A stretch of DNA of 64,000 bases, taken from NCBI GenBank assembly GCA_963662655.2, contig CAXXTU010000002.1:3168001-3232000 (forward strand), written 5' to 3'. Under the pieces are notes generated by a model. That model had not been told where the DNA came from and searched no databases. It saw nothing but the letters and a program-made list of their open reading frames with translations. Position 1 is the stretch's first letter, and each line of letters begins with the position of its first letter. Below, in pieces: positions 48,388-57,282 of the stretch. The stretch is from Candidatus Cloacimonadales bacterium (GTDB taxonomy: Bacteria; Cloacimonadota; Cloacimonadia; Cloacimonadales; JAIOQZ01). Made by a program: the position numbers and the translations under genes.

Positions 48388-49401
48388 ATGCGTAAACTAA
48401 TCATAATCACATTACTTGTGTGCTCGGTTTTCCTGTTCGCGAAGAAGCAGGAAGCCCCCGAGTGGCTCGACAACCCCAAGTCGATCTACCCCGACGCGAT
48501 GTACCTGAGCGCTCTGGGTGAAGGCGATACGCGTCGCGGAGCTGAAAGCGACGCGGCGGGAAACCTCTCGCGCATCTTCGAGAGCAAGATCACCGTGGAT
48601 CAGACGTATCAGGAGCGCTACCGGGAATTGACCAAAGGCGTATCCTCCGAGACCGAGGAACTCTCGCAGATGGATCGCAATGTGGGTATCCAATCCGAGC
48701 AGACGCTCTTCAATATTCAGTTCGGGGAATCCTACACCGATCCCAAGGGACGCGTGCATATCGTCGCGTATCTCGATCGCATGAAAACGGGAGAAATCTA
48801 CAGCAGCAAGATCGAGGCGAACGCCAACCAGGTCACATGGTATCTGGGGCAGAAGAAGGAGACCGATGATCTCCTCAAGAAATACGCGCTACAGAACGCC
48901 GCGATTATCATCGCGACGAGCAATCGGGTTTTGCTGGAGCAGCTTCGCATCATCTCGCCGAATATGGCGGAATTCATCGACCTGCCCTACAAGATGACCG
49001 AGCTGGAGACGACCCTGCAAGAGATGGGGAAGAAGCTACAAATATCCATACAGATCAAGGGCGACGAGGAAAACAAGATTGCCAGCTCCCTGAAAGAGAT
49101 GTTAAGCGACGCCGGATTCAGTCTGGGCGATAGCGGTATCCTGAAAATCGATGGTGAAATCTCGTTCGAGATGGTCGATCTGGACAAGCAGGATCAGAAA
49201 TTCGTGCGCTGGGAGATCACGCTCGACCTGAACGATCAGCAAGGCGAAAACCTGATTCACTACTACGAAAAAGGACGCGACGGCCACATATCATATCCCG
49301 AGGCGATGGCACGCTCGATTCGAGAGATCGAGAAGAAGCTGAAAAAGCAGTTCATCGGTAAGCTGAACGATTACATCGATGGGTTAGTGATGACGAAGTA
49401 A
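48388..49401 (+). CDS. LPP20-family exported protein
   Basis: AAGGAG RBS; signal peptide; PEWL..P...YP...YLSALGEG....AESDA...LSRIFESKI. Confidence 0.7.
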   Translation: MRKLIIITLLVCSVFLFAKKQEAPEWLDNPKSIYPDAMYLSALGEGDTRRGAESDAAGNLSRIFESKITVDQTYQERYRELTKGVSSETEELSQMDRNVGIQSEQTLFNIQFGESYTDPKGRVHIVAYLDRMKTGEIYSSKIEANANQVTWYLGQKKETDDLLKKYALQNAAIIIATSNRVLLEQLRIISPNMAEFIDLPYKMTELETTLQEMGKKLQISIQIKGDEENKIASSLKEMLSDAGFSLGDSGILKIDGEISFEMVDLDKQDQKFVRWEITLDLNDQQGENLIHYYEKGRDGHISYPEAMARSIREIEKKLKKQFIGKLNDYIDGLVMTK

Positions 49402-49568
49402 TTGTGGTTTTGCCCGAGAGTCCATGCTACATTGTTCCTTGTACTGAAGTCGAATCGCCCATTTTCTGATTTTATTTCAGTAATAATGGGCGTTGTGGAA
49501 TAAATCTTTCATACTGTCAAAGACTTGCCAGAATGGCAAACGTATTTCTGCATTATTTGAGGGGAGAT

Positions 49569-50138
49569 ATGAAAAAGATAATCTTTGCGCTTGTGATTGT
49601 GCTGGCGATGTTTATTCTCGTGGCCAAGACGCAATCCTATCACCATGTGGAGCCCGGCAAGTGTATCGGCTGCACGCTGTGCGTTCAGAAATGCCCTGTT
49701 CAGGCAATATCCATGCAGGACGGCAAAGCGGTGATCGATCGCGAAAAGTGCATCCAGTGCGGTCTTTGCATCAAAGCTTGCCCGGTGACGGCCATCTCCG
49801 TCGTGGAAGAAGCCGCGGCACCGGATTCTCTTGCGGAACAACCGGATAGCGTCGATACGCCCAAGCAGGAAGAGCCATCCACAGGCATGATCGAGACACA
49901 GGAAGAACCTGCACCCACTGTGGAAGCCGTTGAAGAGCAGATTGCCTCGACTTACTATCACGTACACGATAATAAATGTATCGGTTGCATGGTTTGCCCG
50001 AAATCCTGTCCCGTCGATGCGATTCACATGAAGCAGGGCGTGGCCGTAATCGATACGGAAAAATGCATTAAATGCGGTCTATGCAAACGCGATTGTCCTG
50101 TTGCCGCGATCTCCGTGGAAGAGAAACAATCCAGCTAA
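49569..50138 (+). CDS. Exported tandem di-ferredoxin (four CxxCxxCxxxCP motifs) with an acidic Pro linker
   Basis: Sec-type signal MKKIIFALVIVLAMFILVA; CIGCTLCVQKCP, CIQCGLCIKACP, CIGCMVCPKSCP, CIKCGLCKRDCP. Confidence 0.88.
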   Translation: MKKIIFALVIVLAMFILVAKTQSYHHVEPGKCIGCTLCVQKCPVQAISMQDGKAVIDREKCIQCGLCIKACPVTAISVVEEAAAPDSLAEQPDSVDTPKQEEPSTGMIETQEEPAPTVEAVEEQIASTYYHVHDNKCIGCMVCPKSCPVDAIHMKQGVAVIDTEKCIKCGLCKRDCPVAAISVEEKQSS

Positions 50139-50165
50139 TGATATAAAAATCACCTTGGAGCTTTC

Positions 50166-53100
50166 ATGCGTAAACAACGTTTACTGCTGATTCTGATGCC
50201 GTTGCTCTCCTTCTTCTTGTTCTACTGCACGGACAAAATCAGCAAAAATCCCGAAAACGACGGCGACGTTCGCGTCGAGTACTCGAGCTGTACCGCCTGT
50301 TATGAGTGTATGGACCTGTTCAGTTGTCCGCAGAATGCGATCTACATCGATGAAATGCGTGGAACCGCCACCATCGATCCTGATAAATGCGTCCGCTGTA
50401 TGCGCTGCATCACCGAATTCACCTGCGAGTACAATGCATTCACCTTCAAAGAAGATTTGATTCCGCCTGCGCCCATCACGGATTTCAGTGCGGTTTCCGA
50501 TTCGATGGGAACGATCGACATCAGCTTCACCGCGACGGGTGACGATTCCACGTCAGGAATCGCCTGGCGATATGAGCTCAACCTGAAAAACGCAAGTGGT
50601 GAAGTACTGCTCCCCGATTTCCAGCCCAACGCGCCAAAGATCGCCGGTTTGAAGGAAACGTGGCACCTGAGCGGCCTGGATTCCCCTCAGACGGTTGCCG
50701 TTGGCGTAAACGTGTTTGACGATTGCGGTTTGTACGCCTCTTCGCAGACGTTAATCGTGGATATTTCTTCCGATTATCCCGATGTTACGGCTCCCTCTGC
50801 CATCACCGATCTGATCGCCCAGCCGGATGCGGATTATGTCACCCTATGGTGGACCGCTCCCGGAGATGACGGCGATGAAGGCACCGCGGCAGCTTACGAT
50901 ATTCGATACAGCCGGACGGCGATTGACAGCCTGAGCTGGGATCAGGCAAGCGTCTTCGAGAATACTATTGCCCCCACTTCTCAGGGTGTGAAGGAGACCT
51001 GCCGGATAACATTGCCGGATCAGGCGAACTACTACTTCGCCGTGCGTGCGCTGGACGATAGCGGCAATATCGCGAGTGTTTCCAACAACGCCCAGGCCGC
51101 CATGACGGCGGACGTTACTCCTCCCGACCAGATAACCACGCTGGTGGCCGGAAACGAGACGACAACCTCGGTTACGCTCACCTGGGAGGCTGTAGGCGAT
51201 GACGGAAGCATAGGGGTTGCCGACGATTACGTCGTGAAATACCACGTGTTGCCTATTACTGCGCAAAATTGGCAAGCGGCCACGACGTACGACGCAGAGA
51301 TGTCTCCTCAACCCGCCGGTGAGACGGAAGAACTCATAATAGAAAACCTGGAAGAAGGATTTGAATACTACTTCGCGGTCAAGGCCGTCGATAACGCCGG
51401 AAACCAGTCGGCGATCTCCAATGTTGCCCACACGCAAACCGTGGACATCCCCGATGAGACGGCTCCTTCTGCAATCGACGATCTGGTCGTGAGCAACACC
51501 TCGACCAGCACCGCGCAATTGCGCTGGACCGCCCCCGGCGGCGACGGCGATGAGGGCTATGCATTTCAATACGTCGTCAAGGCGTCCACACAACCGATCA
51601 CCATTGATAACTGGACTGCGGTCGACGAAATTCCCAATGATTTGTCGCCACAGGTTGCCGGTTCGCAGGAATCGTTCATCGTGACGGGCCTGGAGGCAAA
51701 TACAACCTACTGGTTTGACGTCCGTGCGGTTGACGACGCGCTGAACATCGCAGATCTATCCAACGTCGCGCAGGGACAAACGGCATCCGAAGACGACACC
51801 GTCGCTCCAGGAGCGATCACCGATTTATTAGCTCACGAGGATGATCCAAACATCCTTCTGACATGGACATCGACCGGCGATGACGTCAGCGAAGGGACCG
51901 CGTCATATTACGAAATCAGATATTCTTTCGAGACGATTACCGGTTCCAACTGGGCGGAGGCGACACTTCTGCAAAATCTCCCCATACCCGAAACGGCCGG
52001 AACGCAGCAGCAATACATTTTTACATCTCCGCAGCAAAACACTGCGTATTACTTTGCGATCAAGGCTTTCGACGATGCGCTGAACGCGTCGGAGCTCTCC
52101 AACATCGCGGAGGGAGTGATTGCGGACGATATCGCGCCCTCGCAGATCGACGACCTGCAAGCGACAGCCGGCACCTCGGACATCGAGCTGCAATGGACCG
52201 CTCCTGGCGACGACGGCGATGATGGTACGGCGTTTTCATACGAAATCCGCATGAGCACGGTTGCGATTACCCAGGCGAACTGGGACGATGCCCAATTGCT
52301 GGAAAATCCCCCGACACCTTCTACCGCGGGGACGGCGGAAAGCTACACGGTTGTTGCGCCGCAGCAGGATCAGACGCTTTTTTTCGCCATTCGTGCGACG
52401 GATGACGCGGACAATGTCTCGGCTGTGTCCAACAACGCGGAATCGGGAATCTTCGATACAACTCCGCCGGCGGATATTACGGATTTGGATGCGACGCAAT
52501 CCGGTGAGGAAGCGCTTCTGACCTGGACGGCTCCAGGAGACGACGGTTTTACCGGTACGGCGGAAAGCTACGAGATTCGCTATGCCACGACGATTATCGA
52601 CGAGACCAACTGGGCCTCGGCCACGCTTCTGAGCAATGCTCCATATCCTGAATCGGCGGGAACGCAGCAGCAGTTCTCGGTAGCAGGACTCACGGCGGAT
52701 ATCCAATACTACTTTGGAATCAAGACCCTCGATGACGCCGATAACCAGTCGGGGCTTTCCAACATCGCCGATGTCACGCTGGGCGACGACACGGTTGCGC
52801 CTGCCGCCGTGACCGATCTCGAAGTGGTGGAAAGCTATGTGAACCTCTCGACGATCCGTATCTCCTGGACAGCCCCGGGGGACGACGGCATTACCGGCAC
52901 GGCGGATCATTACGAGATTCGTTATTCGAACTTGCCCATCACCGATGCCAACTGGAGTAGCGCTTCGCTATTCGGCAGTCCGCCCGATCCGGCAAGCGCT
53001 GGAACCGCGCAGACGTTGAATGTGACCGGCCTGGATGAGGGTGAATTGTACTACTTCGCGATCAAGGCGTTCGACGAGATCGGGAATGCAGGTGACTGCT

Positions 53101-53312
53101 CCAATTCACCGGCAGGGAAGATCGTCTACACGATCAGCGCTTCGCAGTGTCGTGATTGCAACCATTGCATCAACCGATGCGATCAGCACGCGATATACGA
53201 TGCGGGTCCTTACAAGGCGATCGATCCCGAACTTTGCATCGCGTGCGGCGAATGCGATCCGTACTGCCCGTACAACGCGATCAGCCCAGCAGTTATAGCT
53301 TATAACGACTAA
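50166..53312 (+). CDS. Lipoprotein: 2[4Fe-4S]-type ferredoxin, 8 FN3-like repeats, 2[4Fe-4S]-type ferredoxin
   Basis: LFYC lipobox-like site; CTACYEC.....CP and CVRCMRC.....CE; eight P..I.DL...W.A.GDDG..G.A..Y.IRYS repeats; CRDCNHCINRC and CIACGECDPYCP. Confidence 0.88.
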   Translation: MRKQRLLLILMPLLSFFLFYCTDKISKNPENDGDVRVEYSSCTACYECMDLFSCPQNAIYIDEMRGTATIDPDKCVRCMRCITEFTCEYNAFTFKEDLIPPAPITDFSAVSDSMGTIDISFTATGDDSTSGIAWRYELNLKNASGEVLLPDFQPNAPKIAGLKETWHLSGLDSPQTVAVGVNVFDDCGLYASSQTLIVDISSDYPDVTAPSAITDLIAQPDADYVTLWWTAPGDDGDEGTAAAYDIRYSRTAIDSLSWDQASVFENTIAPTSQGVKETCRITLPDQANYYFAVRALDDSGNIASVSNNAQAAMTADVTPPDQITTLVAGNETTTSVTLTWEAVGDDGSIGVADDYVVKYHVLPITAQNWQAATTYDAEMSPQPAGETEELIIENLEEGFEYYFAVKAVDNAGNQSAISNVAHTQTVDIPDETAPSAIDDLVVSNTSTSTAQLRWTAPGGDGDEGYAFQYVVKASTQPITIDNWTAVDEIPNDLSPQVAGSQESFIVTGLEANTTYWFDVRAVDDALNIADLSNVAQGQTASEDDTVAPGAITDLLAHEDDPNILLTWTSTGDDVSEGTASYYEIRYSFETITGSNWAEATLLQNLPIPETAGTQQQYIFTSPQQNTAYYFAIKAFDDALNASELSNIAEGVIADDIAPSQIDDLQATAGTSDIELQWTAPGDDGDDGTAFSYEIRMSTVAITQANWDDAQLLENPPTPSTAGTAESYTVVAPQQDQTLFFAIRATDDADNVSAVSNNAESGIFDTTPPADITDLDATQSGEEALLTWTAPGDDGFTGTAESYEIRYATTIIDETNWASATLLSNAPYPESAGTQQQFSVAGLTADIQYYFGIKTLDDADNQSGLSNIADVTLGDDTVAPAAVTDLEVVESYVNLSTIRISWTAPGDDGITGTADHYEIRYSNLPITDANWSSASLFGSPPDPASAGTAQTLNVTGLDEGELYYFAIKAFDEIGNAGDCSNSPAGKIVYTISASQCRDCNHCINRCDQHAIYDAGPYKAIDPELCIACGECDPYCPYNAISPAVIAYND

Positions 53313-53328
53313 GAGATAAAGGATTCTC

Positions 53329-53565
53329 ATGAAACGAACGATTATTATTGCGGCGATCTTGATCGTTGCTTTATCGATACTGATTGCAGCAACCGAGACG
53401 AAACCGGAGGTCTTCCGGAAAGACTGTACAGGATGCGGTGATTGCGTAAAAGCATGTCCGGTGAAGGCGATAGAAGTCCACAATGGCAAGGCGGTGATCG
53501 ATAGCAGGAAGTGTATCAATTGCAAGCTCTGCACAACGAGCTGCACCTTCGGAGCAATCCGGTGA
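53329..53565 (+). CDS. Small exported 2[4Fe-4S]-type ferredoxin
   Basis: Signal MKRTIIIAAILIVALSILIA; CTGCGDCVKACP, CINCKLCTTSC. Confidence 0.85.
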   Translation: MKRTIIIAAILIVALSILIAATETKPEVFRKDCTGCGDCVKACPVKAIEVHNGKAVIDSRKCINCKLCTTSCTFGAIR

Positions 53566-53572
53566 GGCGCGT

Positions 53573-53845
53573 ATGAAGAAACTGCTGATCTATTCCGCTT
53601 TACTCATGATACTGCTTGGGCTTTTCATGACCGCCTGTGATAAAAAAGACTCGATCACGACATCCGCTTCCCCCTCCGCGTTTTACGAGATCGATAGCGA
53701 CGCTTGCATCTCCTGTGGGCGTTGTGTCGATGTTTGTCCATACAATGCCATCCAGTATGATGGGGAGGAGCCGGTCATCATCCAGACACGATGCAAGAGA
53801 TGTGGCGAATGTGTCTCCGTATGCCCGAAGGATGCGATCCAATGA
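53573..53845 (+). CDS. Small lipoprotein 2[4Fe-4S]-type ferredoxin
   Basis: MTAC lipobox; Ser/Thr linker; CISCGRCVDVCP, CKRCGECVSVCP. Confidence 0.85.
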   Translation: MKKLLIYSALLMILLGLFMTACDKKDSITTSASPSAFYEIDSDACISCGRCVDVCPYNAIQYDGEEPVIIQTRCKRCGECVSVCPKDAIQ

Positions 53846-55026
53846 GAAAAACCATCCTGTTTATCATCCTTGCAGGCATGAGTTGCGTTCTTCTCGGACA
53901 GACGGTTCTGAACTCCGAGATGGACAGCCGGGAAGGCTTTGTCGAGCGTTTATATCAATACTTCGATGTCCGGTTCGAGAATGGATTCGAGCTGAGCAAC
54001 ACCTTGTACATGAAGGTCAGCGAGGATCAGGACGAGCTGGAGCGGGATTACCTGAGAAATTACATTCGCGACAAGCTGCGTTTCTCCTTGTTCCGAGAGA
54101 GCTTCTATATTTCTTCGCACGTTGGAATTCAATACTATCACGACGAGCAGCACGAGACGCGTATCTCTGGTGCGGATGAGCAATACCGGCTCAAGAACGC
54201 TTTCTCCGGCGGTATTGATTTCTTCGGAACGTGGGACGGATTGGAGACGCTGCTCGAAGCGAGCTGGTTTGCGAACTACTATGATCGCTATGTGTTCAAC
54301 GACGCCGCGCAAAATTCCGATGATGATTGGGTCGTGAAGGAAGAGAAGAATCAGCTCGATAACGATGGAACCATCAAGGCGAGAATTGCCTATAAATTCA
54401 GCGATTATATCAAGCCGTTCGTGGAGGTGAATCACTTCAACGACATGAACGACATCGACACCTACGACTACACCGAGTACCGGCTCGGAAACCATTTGCT
54501 GAGCAAACTGGACAACCTGCATACTGTCGAGATGGAGGTTGCTGTCGTGAAGACGGACGCGTTCGAGAATCTTCCTGCCTATCTGGATTTCGATCTTCGT
54601 TTGACCAGCAAATATATCCATGACTGGATGTTCATCAACCGCGTCTCCGATAAAATCTGGAAGAACGATGACGAGAGCTCGAAAGCATACGGAAACGGTT
54701 TCTGGGAGTGTATCCTTCAGCATAATCTGAATTTCGATCGAGAGAACCGGGTCGACCGTTTCCTGATGGCGATCAAAAAGCATTTCGACGAGAACGTAAC
54801 CATCGCTCGCACTGGGTTGATGTACTACTTCGGGCCGTTCAGCCTTTACGGCGCATATCATTACTACTTCGGTAACGACCGTGTTAACAACTACAAGACC
54901 GGCATGGAACTTTCGTGGTACTACCCGGCTTACAGCGCGCGAATTTACTACGGCTTCTCGTTGATCGACGCGAGGTATGTCGAGAATACAACCGTTCACA
55001 GTATAAACATCGAGTTAGGCTATTGA
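53842..55026 (+). CDS. Predicted outer-membrane beta-barrel protein
   Basis: ATGA overlap with the upstream gene; signal peptide; many alternating aromatic/hydrophobic strands; C-terminal ...HSINIELGY resembles a BAM beta-signal. Confidence 0.72.
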   Translation: MRKTILFIILAGMSCVLLGQTVLNSEMDSREGFVERLYQYFDVRFENGFELSNTLYMKVSEDQDELERDYLRNYIRDKLRFSLFRESFYISSHVGIQYYHDEQHETRISGADEQYRLKNAFSGGIDFFGTWDGLETLLEASWFANYYDRYVFNDAAQNSDDDWVVKEEKNQLDNDGTIKARIAYKFSDYIKPFVEVNHFNDMNDIDTYDYTEYRLGNHLLSKLDNLHTVEMEVAVVKTDAFENLPAYLDFDLRLTSKYIHDWMFINRVSDKIWKNDDESSKAYGNGFWECILQHNLNFDRENRVDRFLMAIKKHFDENVTIARTGLMYYFGPFSLYGAYHYYFGNDRVNNYKTGMELSWYYPAYSARIYYGFSLIDARYVENTTVHSINIELGY

Positions 55027-55027
55027 G

Positions 55028-56404
55028 ATGATTCAATCGTTGGCTGAAGGTTTTTCGCTCGGACTTGCGACCGGAATTGTTTGCCTCTCCACTTGCACGC
55101 CGATTTATCTGCCCTATCTGCTGAGCAGCGATCGCAAGCTGCTGAAGAGCTTTGGGGTGATCCTGGAGATATCCGCTGGAAGGTTCTTCTCTTATCTCAC
55201 GTTCGGCGCGATCGCGGGATTTCTGGGAGCGCAGATCGGTCAGGTGAATCGCGATTTGTTCACCGCGATTGCCTACATCATGCTCTCGGTGTATTTGATT
55301 CTCTCCGCTGTGAGGTCGCGGAACGAGCATAAAAAATGTGCGGTTCCCAAGATGGCTGCCATGACGCGCAGTCCTTTCGTATTAGGGATTCTAACAGGTA
55401 TAAACTTTTGCCCGGCTTTCCTCATCGCGCTTTCCAATGCGCTCAACCTCGCAGGCGCGTTGAGTGGAATGCTGCTGTTCATGGGATTTTTCTTCGGAAC
55501 TTCGCTGTTCCTGATCCCTTTGGCGTTGGCGAATTTTCTGACGAAGATCCGCCAGATGAAGCAGATCGCTCAGGTTGCTTCCGTGCTGATCGGTATCTGG
55601 TTCATCGGCAAGGGGCTTTTCATGCTCTATGGATACGCGGTGGGTACGGAGGTCAACAATCCGTTCGCGCCCGGCAAGGAGCTGGCGGTTGTTTCATCCG
55701 AAGCGGATATGGCGTATTTCACGGATTTGAGAGATTCGCTACAAGTTCGTACGGATGAGGCTGTCGATCTGCTAGAATTCAGCCCGGGTGGAGCCTTGGA
55801 GAAGAGGAAATCCGTGCTTTATTTCGTTAACCGGACACTGGTCGAGCAGGATTCAGCGGCATTCGAGGGGATGGATTATTTCGCAGTAGAAGCCGGCTAT
55901 CCCATCGGCGAGATGATGATGTATCTCACGACGGTCTTTCAGGGGTGTCCGGACGAAAGTGAATATGGTGACGGGAACAACAACCTGTGCTCCACATGCA
56001 CCCTGACGAAGGGACTTGATTTCTCGGGAAGGTTCCCGGTTGATTTCGAACAAAAAGAATTGTACATGATGGATGTGTTTGCTCCCGGAAATCAACTGGT
56101 CATTCTTGCGGACAACGACGATCCGTACTGGAAAGAACTTCAGAACACTTTGCAAGCCAATATACAGAAACCGATTCAGTTCATGCCTTTCGATCCCGGT
56201 AAAGACTTGCCGAACGAGGAGACGACTGTCTATATCATACCACAATCGGCCGAGCAGATAGCTCAGGACTCGGGGTGGATCGATTCGCTTCATACGATTG
56301 TCGTACCGAAAGGGTATTCGCCTCAGACCATCGCGGGATTTCTCAAGAAGTTCACGTTCAAGGTGGAAAATAGGCTAAGCTGGCATTTCGATGCCGACAA
56401 ATGA
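55028..56404 (+). CDS. DsbD/CcdA-like (DsbD_2/TauE-like) membrane protein with a C-terminal soluble extension
   Basis: About 6 TM helices; GIVCLSTCTP and GINFCP membrane cysteines; GRFFSY.TFG...GFLG pattern; tail contains C...CSTC. Confidence 0.75.
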   Translation: MIQSLAEGFSLGLATGIVCLSTCTPIYLPYLLSSDRKLLKSFGVILEISAGRFFSYLTFGAIAGFLGAQIGQVNRDLFTAIAYIMLSVYLILSAVRSRNEHKKCAVPKMAAMTRSPFVLGILTGINFCPAFLIALSNALNLAGALSGMLLFMGFFFGTSLFLIPLALANFLTKIRQMKQIAQVASVLIGIWFIGKGLFMLYGYAVGTEVNNPFAPGKELAVVSSEADMAYFTDLRDSLQVRTDEAVDLLEFSPGGALEKRKSVLYFVNRTLVEQDSAAFEGMDYFAVEAGYPIGEMMMYLTTVFQGCPDESEYGDGNNNLCSTCTLTKGLDFSGRFPVDFEQKELYMMDVFAPGNQLVILADNDDPYWKELQNTLQANIQKPIQFMPFDPGKDLPNEETTVYIIPQSAEQIAQDSGWIDSLHTIVVPKGYSPQTIAGFLKKFTFKVENRLSWHFDADK

Positions 56405-56429
56405 AACAGTTTCCGCATAGACAGACCAT

Positions 56430-56598
56430 AATGAGGGAGAGGAATTCAAGCCGTCTTCGGATGGGACGCTATCTAATTCGGGTGCGGCAATAAGAAGAGG
56501 ATATCGTTTCGCGCGTGGAATCGGTCGGGGGAATCGGCCGCATGGCATCGTTTATCGACTCGGAAGGCAATCGTACTTCACTCTGGTCAAAGCAATAA
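56430..56598 (+). pseudogene. Remnant of a VOC/glyoxalase-family gene
   Basis: Fragments EGEEFKPSSDGTL and GGIGRMASFIDSEGNRTSLWSKQ*, matching the A.F.D.EGN..LW C-terminal VOC motif; no intact frame. Confidence 0.5.
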
Positions 56599-56763
56599 TC
56601 GGGAAGGTACCGGCTTTTTTATGTGAGAAATGGTCTCTCGCGTGGCATCTTCGCCCGATTGCGCCGCTCCACCGTGGATATAATGCACCACGGAGCTATC
56701 GAACGTAAAAAATGTGGTGCATAACACCACGCCTGCGCGGCGAATCGAACCAATCTGCTCACG

Positions 56764-57282
56764 CTATGCGTGAATGGTGGAGAGAACCTTCCGGTAGACT
56801 TCCAAAGTACGTTCATCGAAGCAAACGAACAGCGTTTTTTCGATCGATGGGAATTCTTTGAGGGCTTCGATTACTGTGTTGATGGCAATTCTAGTGGCTC
56901 GTTCGAGCGGGAAACCGTATGCGCCGGTGCTTATGGACGGGAAAGCGATGGAGCGAATGTTGTTGTTCGCCGCGAGCTTCATGCTTTCGTAGTATGAGCT
57001 GCGAAGAAGCTCGTCTTCGTTGCTGTTGCCACCCCTCCAAACGGGGCCTACGGTATGGATGATGTATTTTGCGGGAAGCTTGAATCCCGGCGAAAGCTTC
57101 GCTTTGCCTGTGGGACACCCACCCAGGTTGCGGTTGTAATCGAGGAGCTCTTTTCCCGCTTTGCAGTGGATTGCTCCGTCGACTCCTCCTCCGCCGAGGA
57201 GAGAGTTGTTGGCTGCGTTCACGATGGCGTCCGTGTCAACTTGGGTGATATCTCCCTTGTGAAGCGAGATTCGCATTGTCAT
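56764..57282 (-). CDS. Macro-domain O-acetyl-ADP-ribose deacetylase (YmdB-like)
   Basis: GDIT..DAIVNAANNSLLGGGGVDGAIH, IIHTVGP, IAFPSISTGAYGFP; start overlaps the dinG stop. Confidence 0.93.
   Translation of the reverse strand: MTMRISLHKGDITQVDTDAIVNAANNSLLGGGGVDGAIHCKAGKELLDYNRNLGGCPTGKAKLSPGFKLPAKYIIHTVGPVWRGGNSNEDELLRSSYYESMKLAANNNIRSIAFPSISTGAYGFPLERATRIAINTVIEALKEFPSIEKTLFVCFDERTLEVYRKVLSTIHA

Noticed and set aside
49534..49551. TGGCAAACGTATTTCTGC as a sigma54 promoter for the ferredoxin operon
   Set aside because: GG-to-GC spacing is 13 nt
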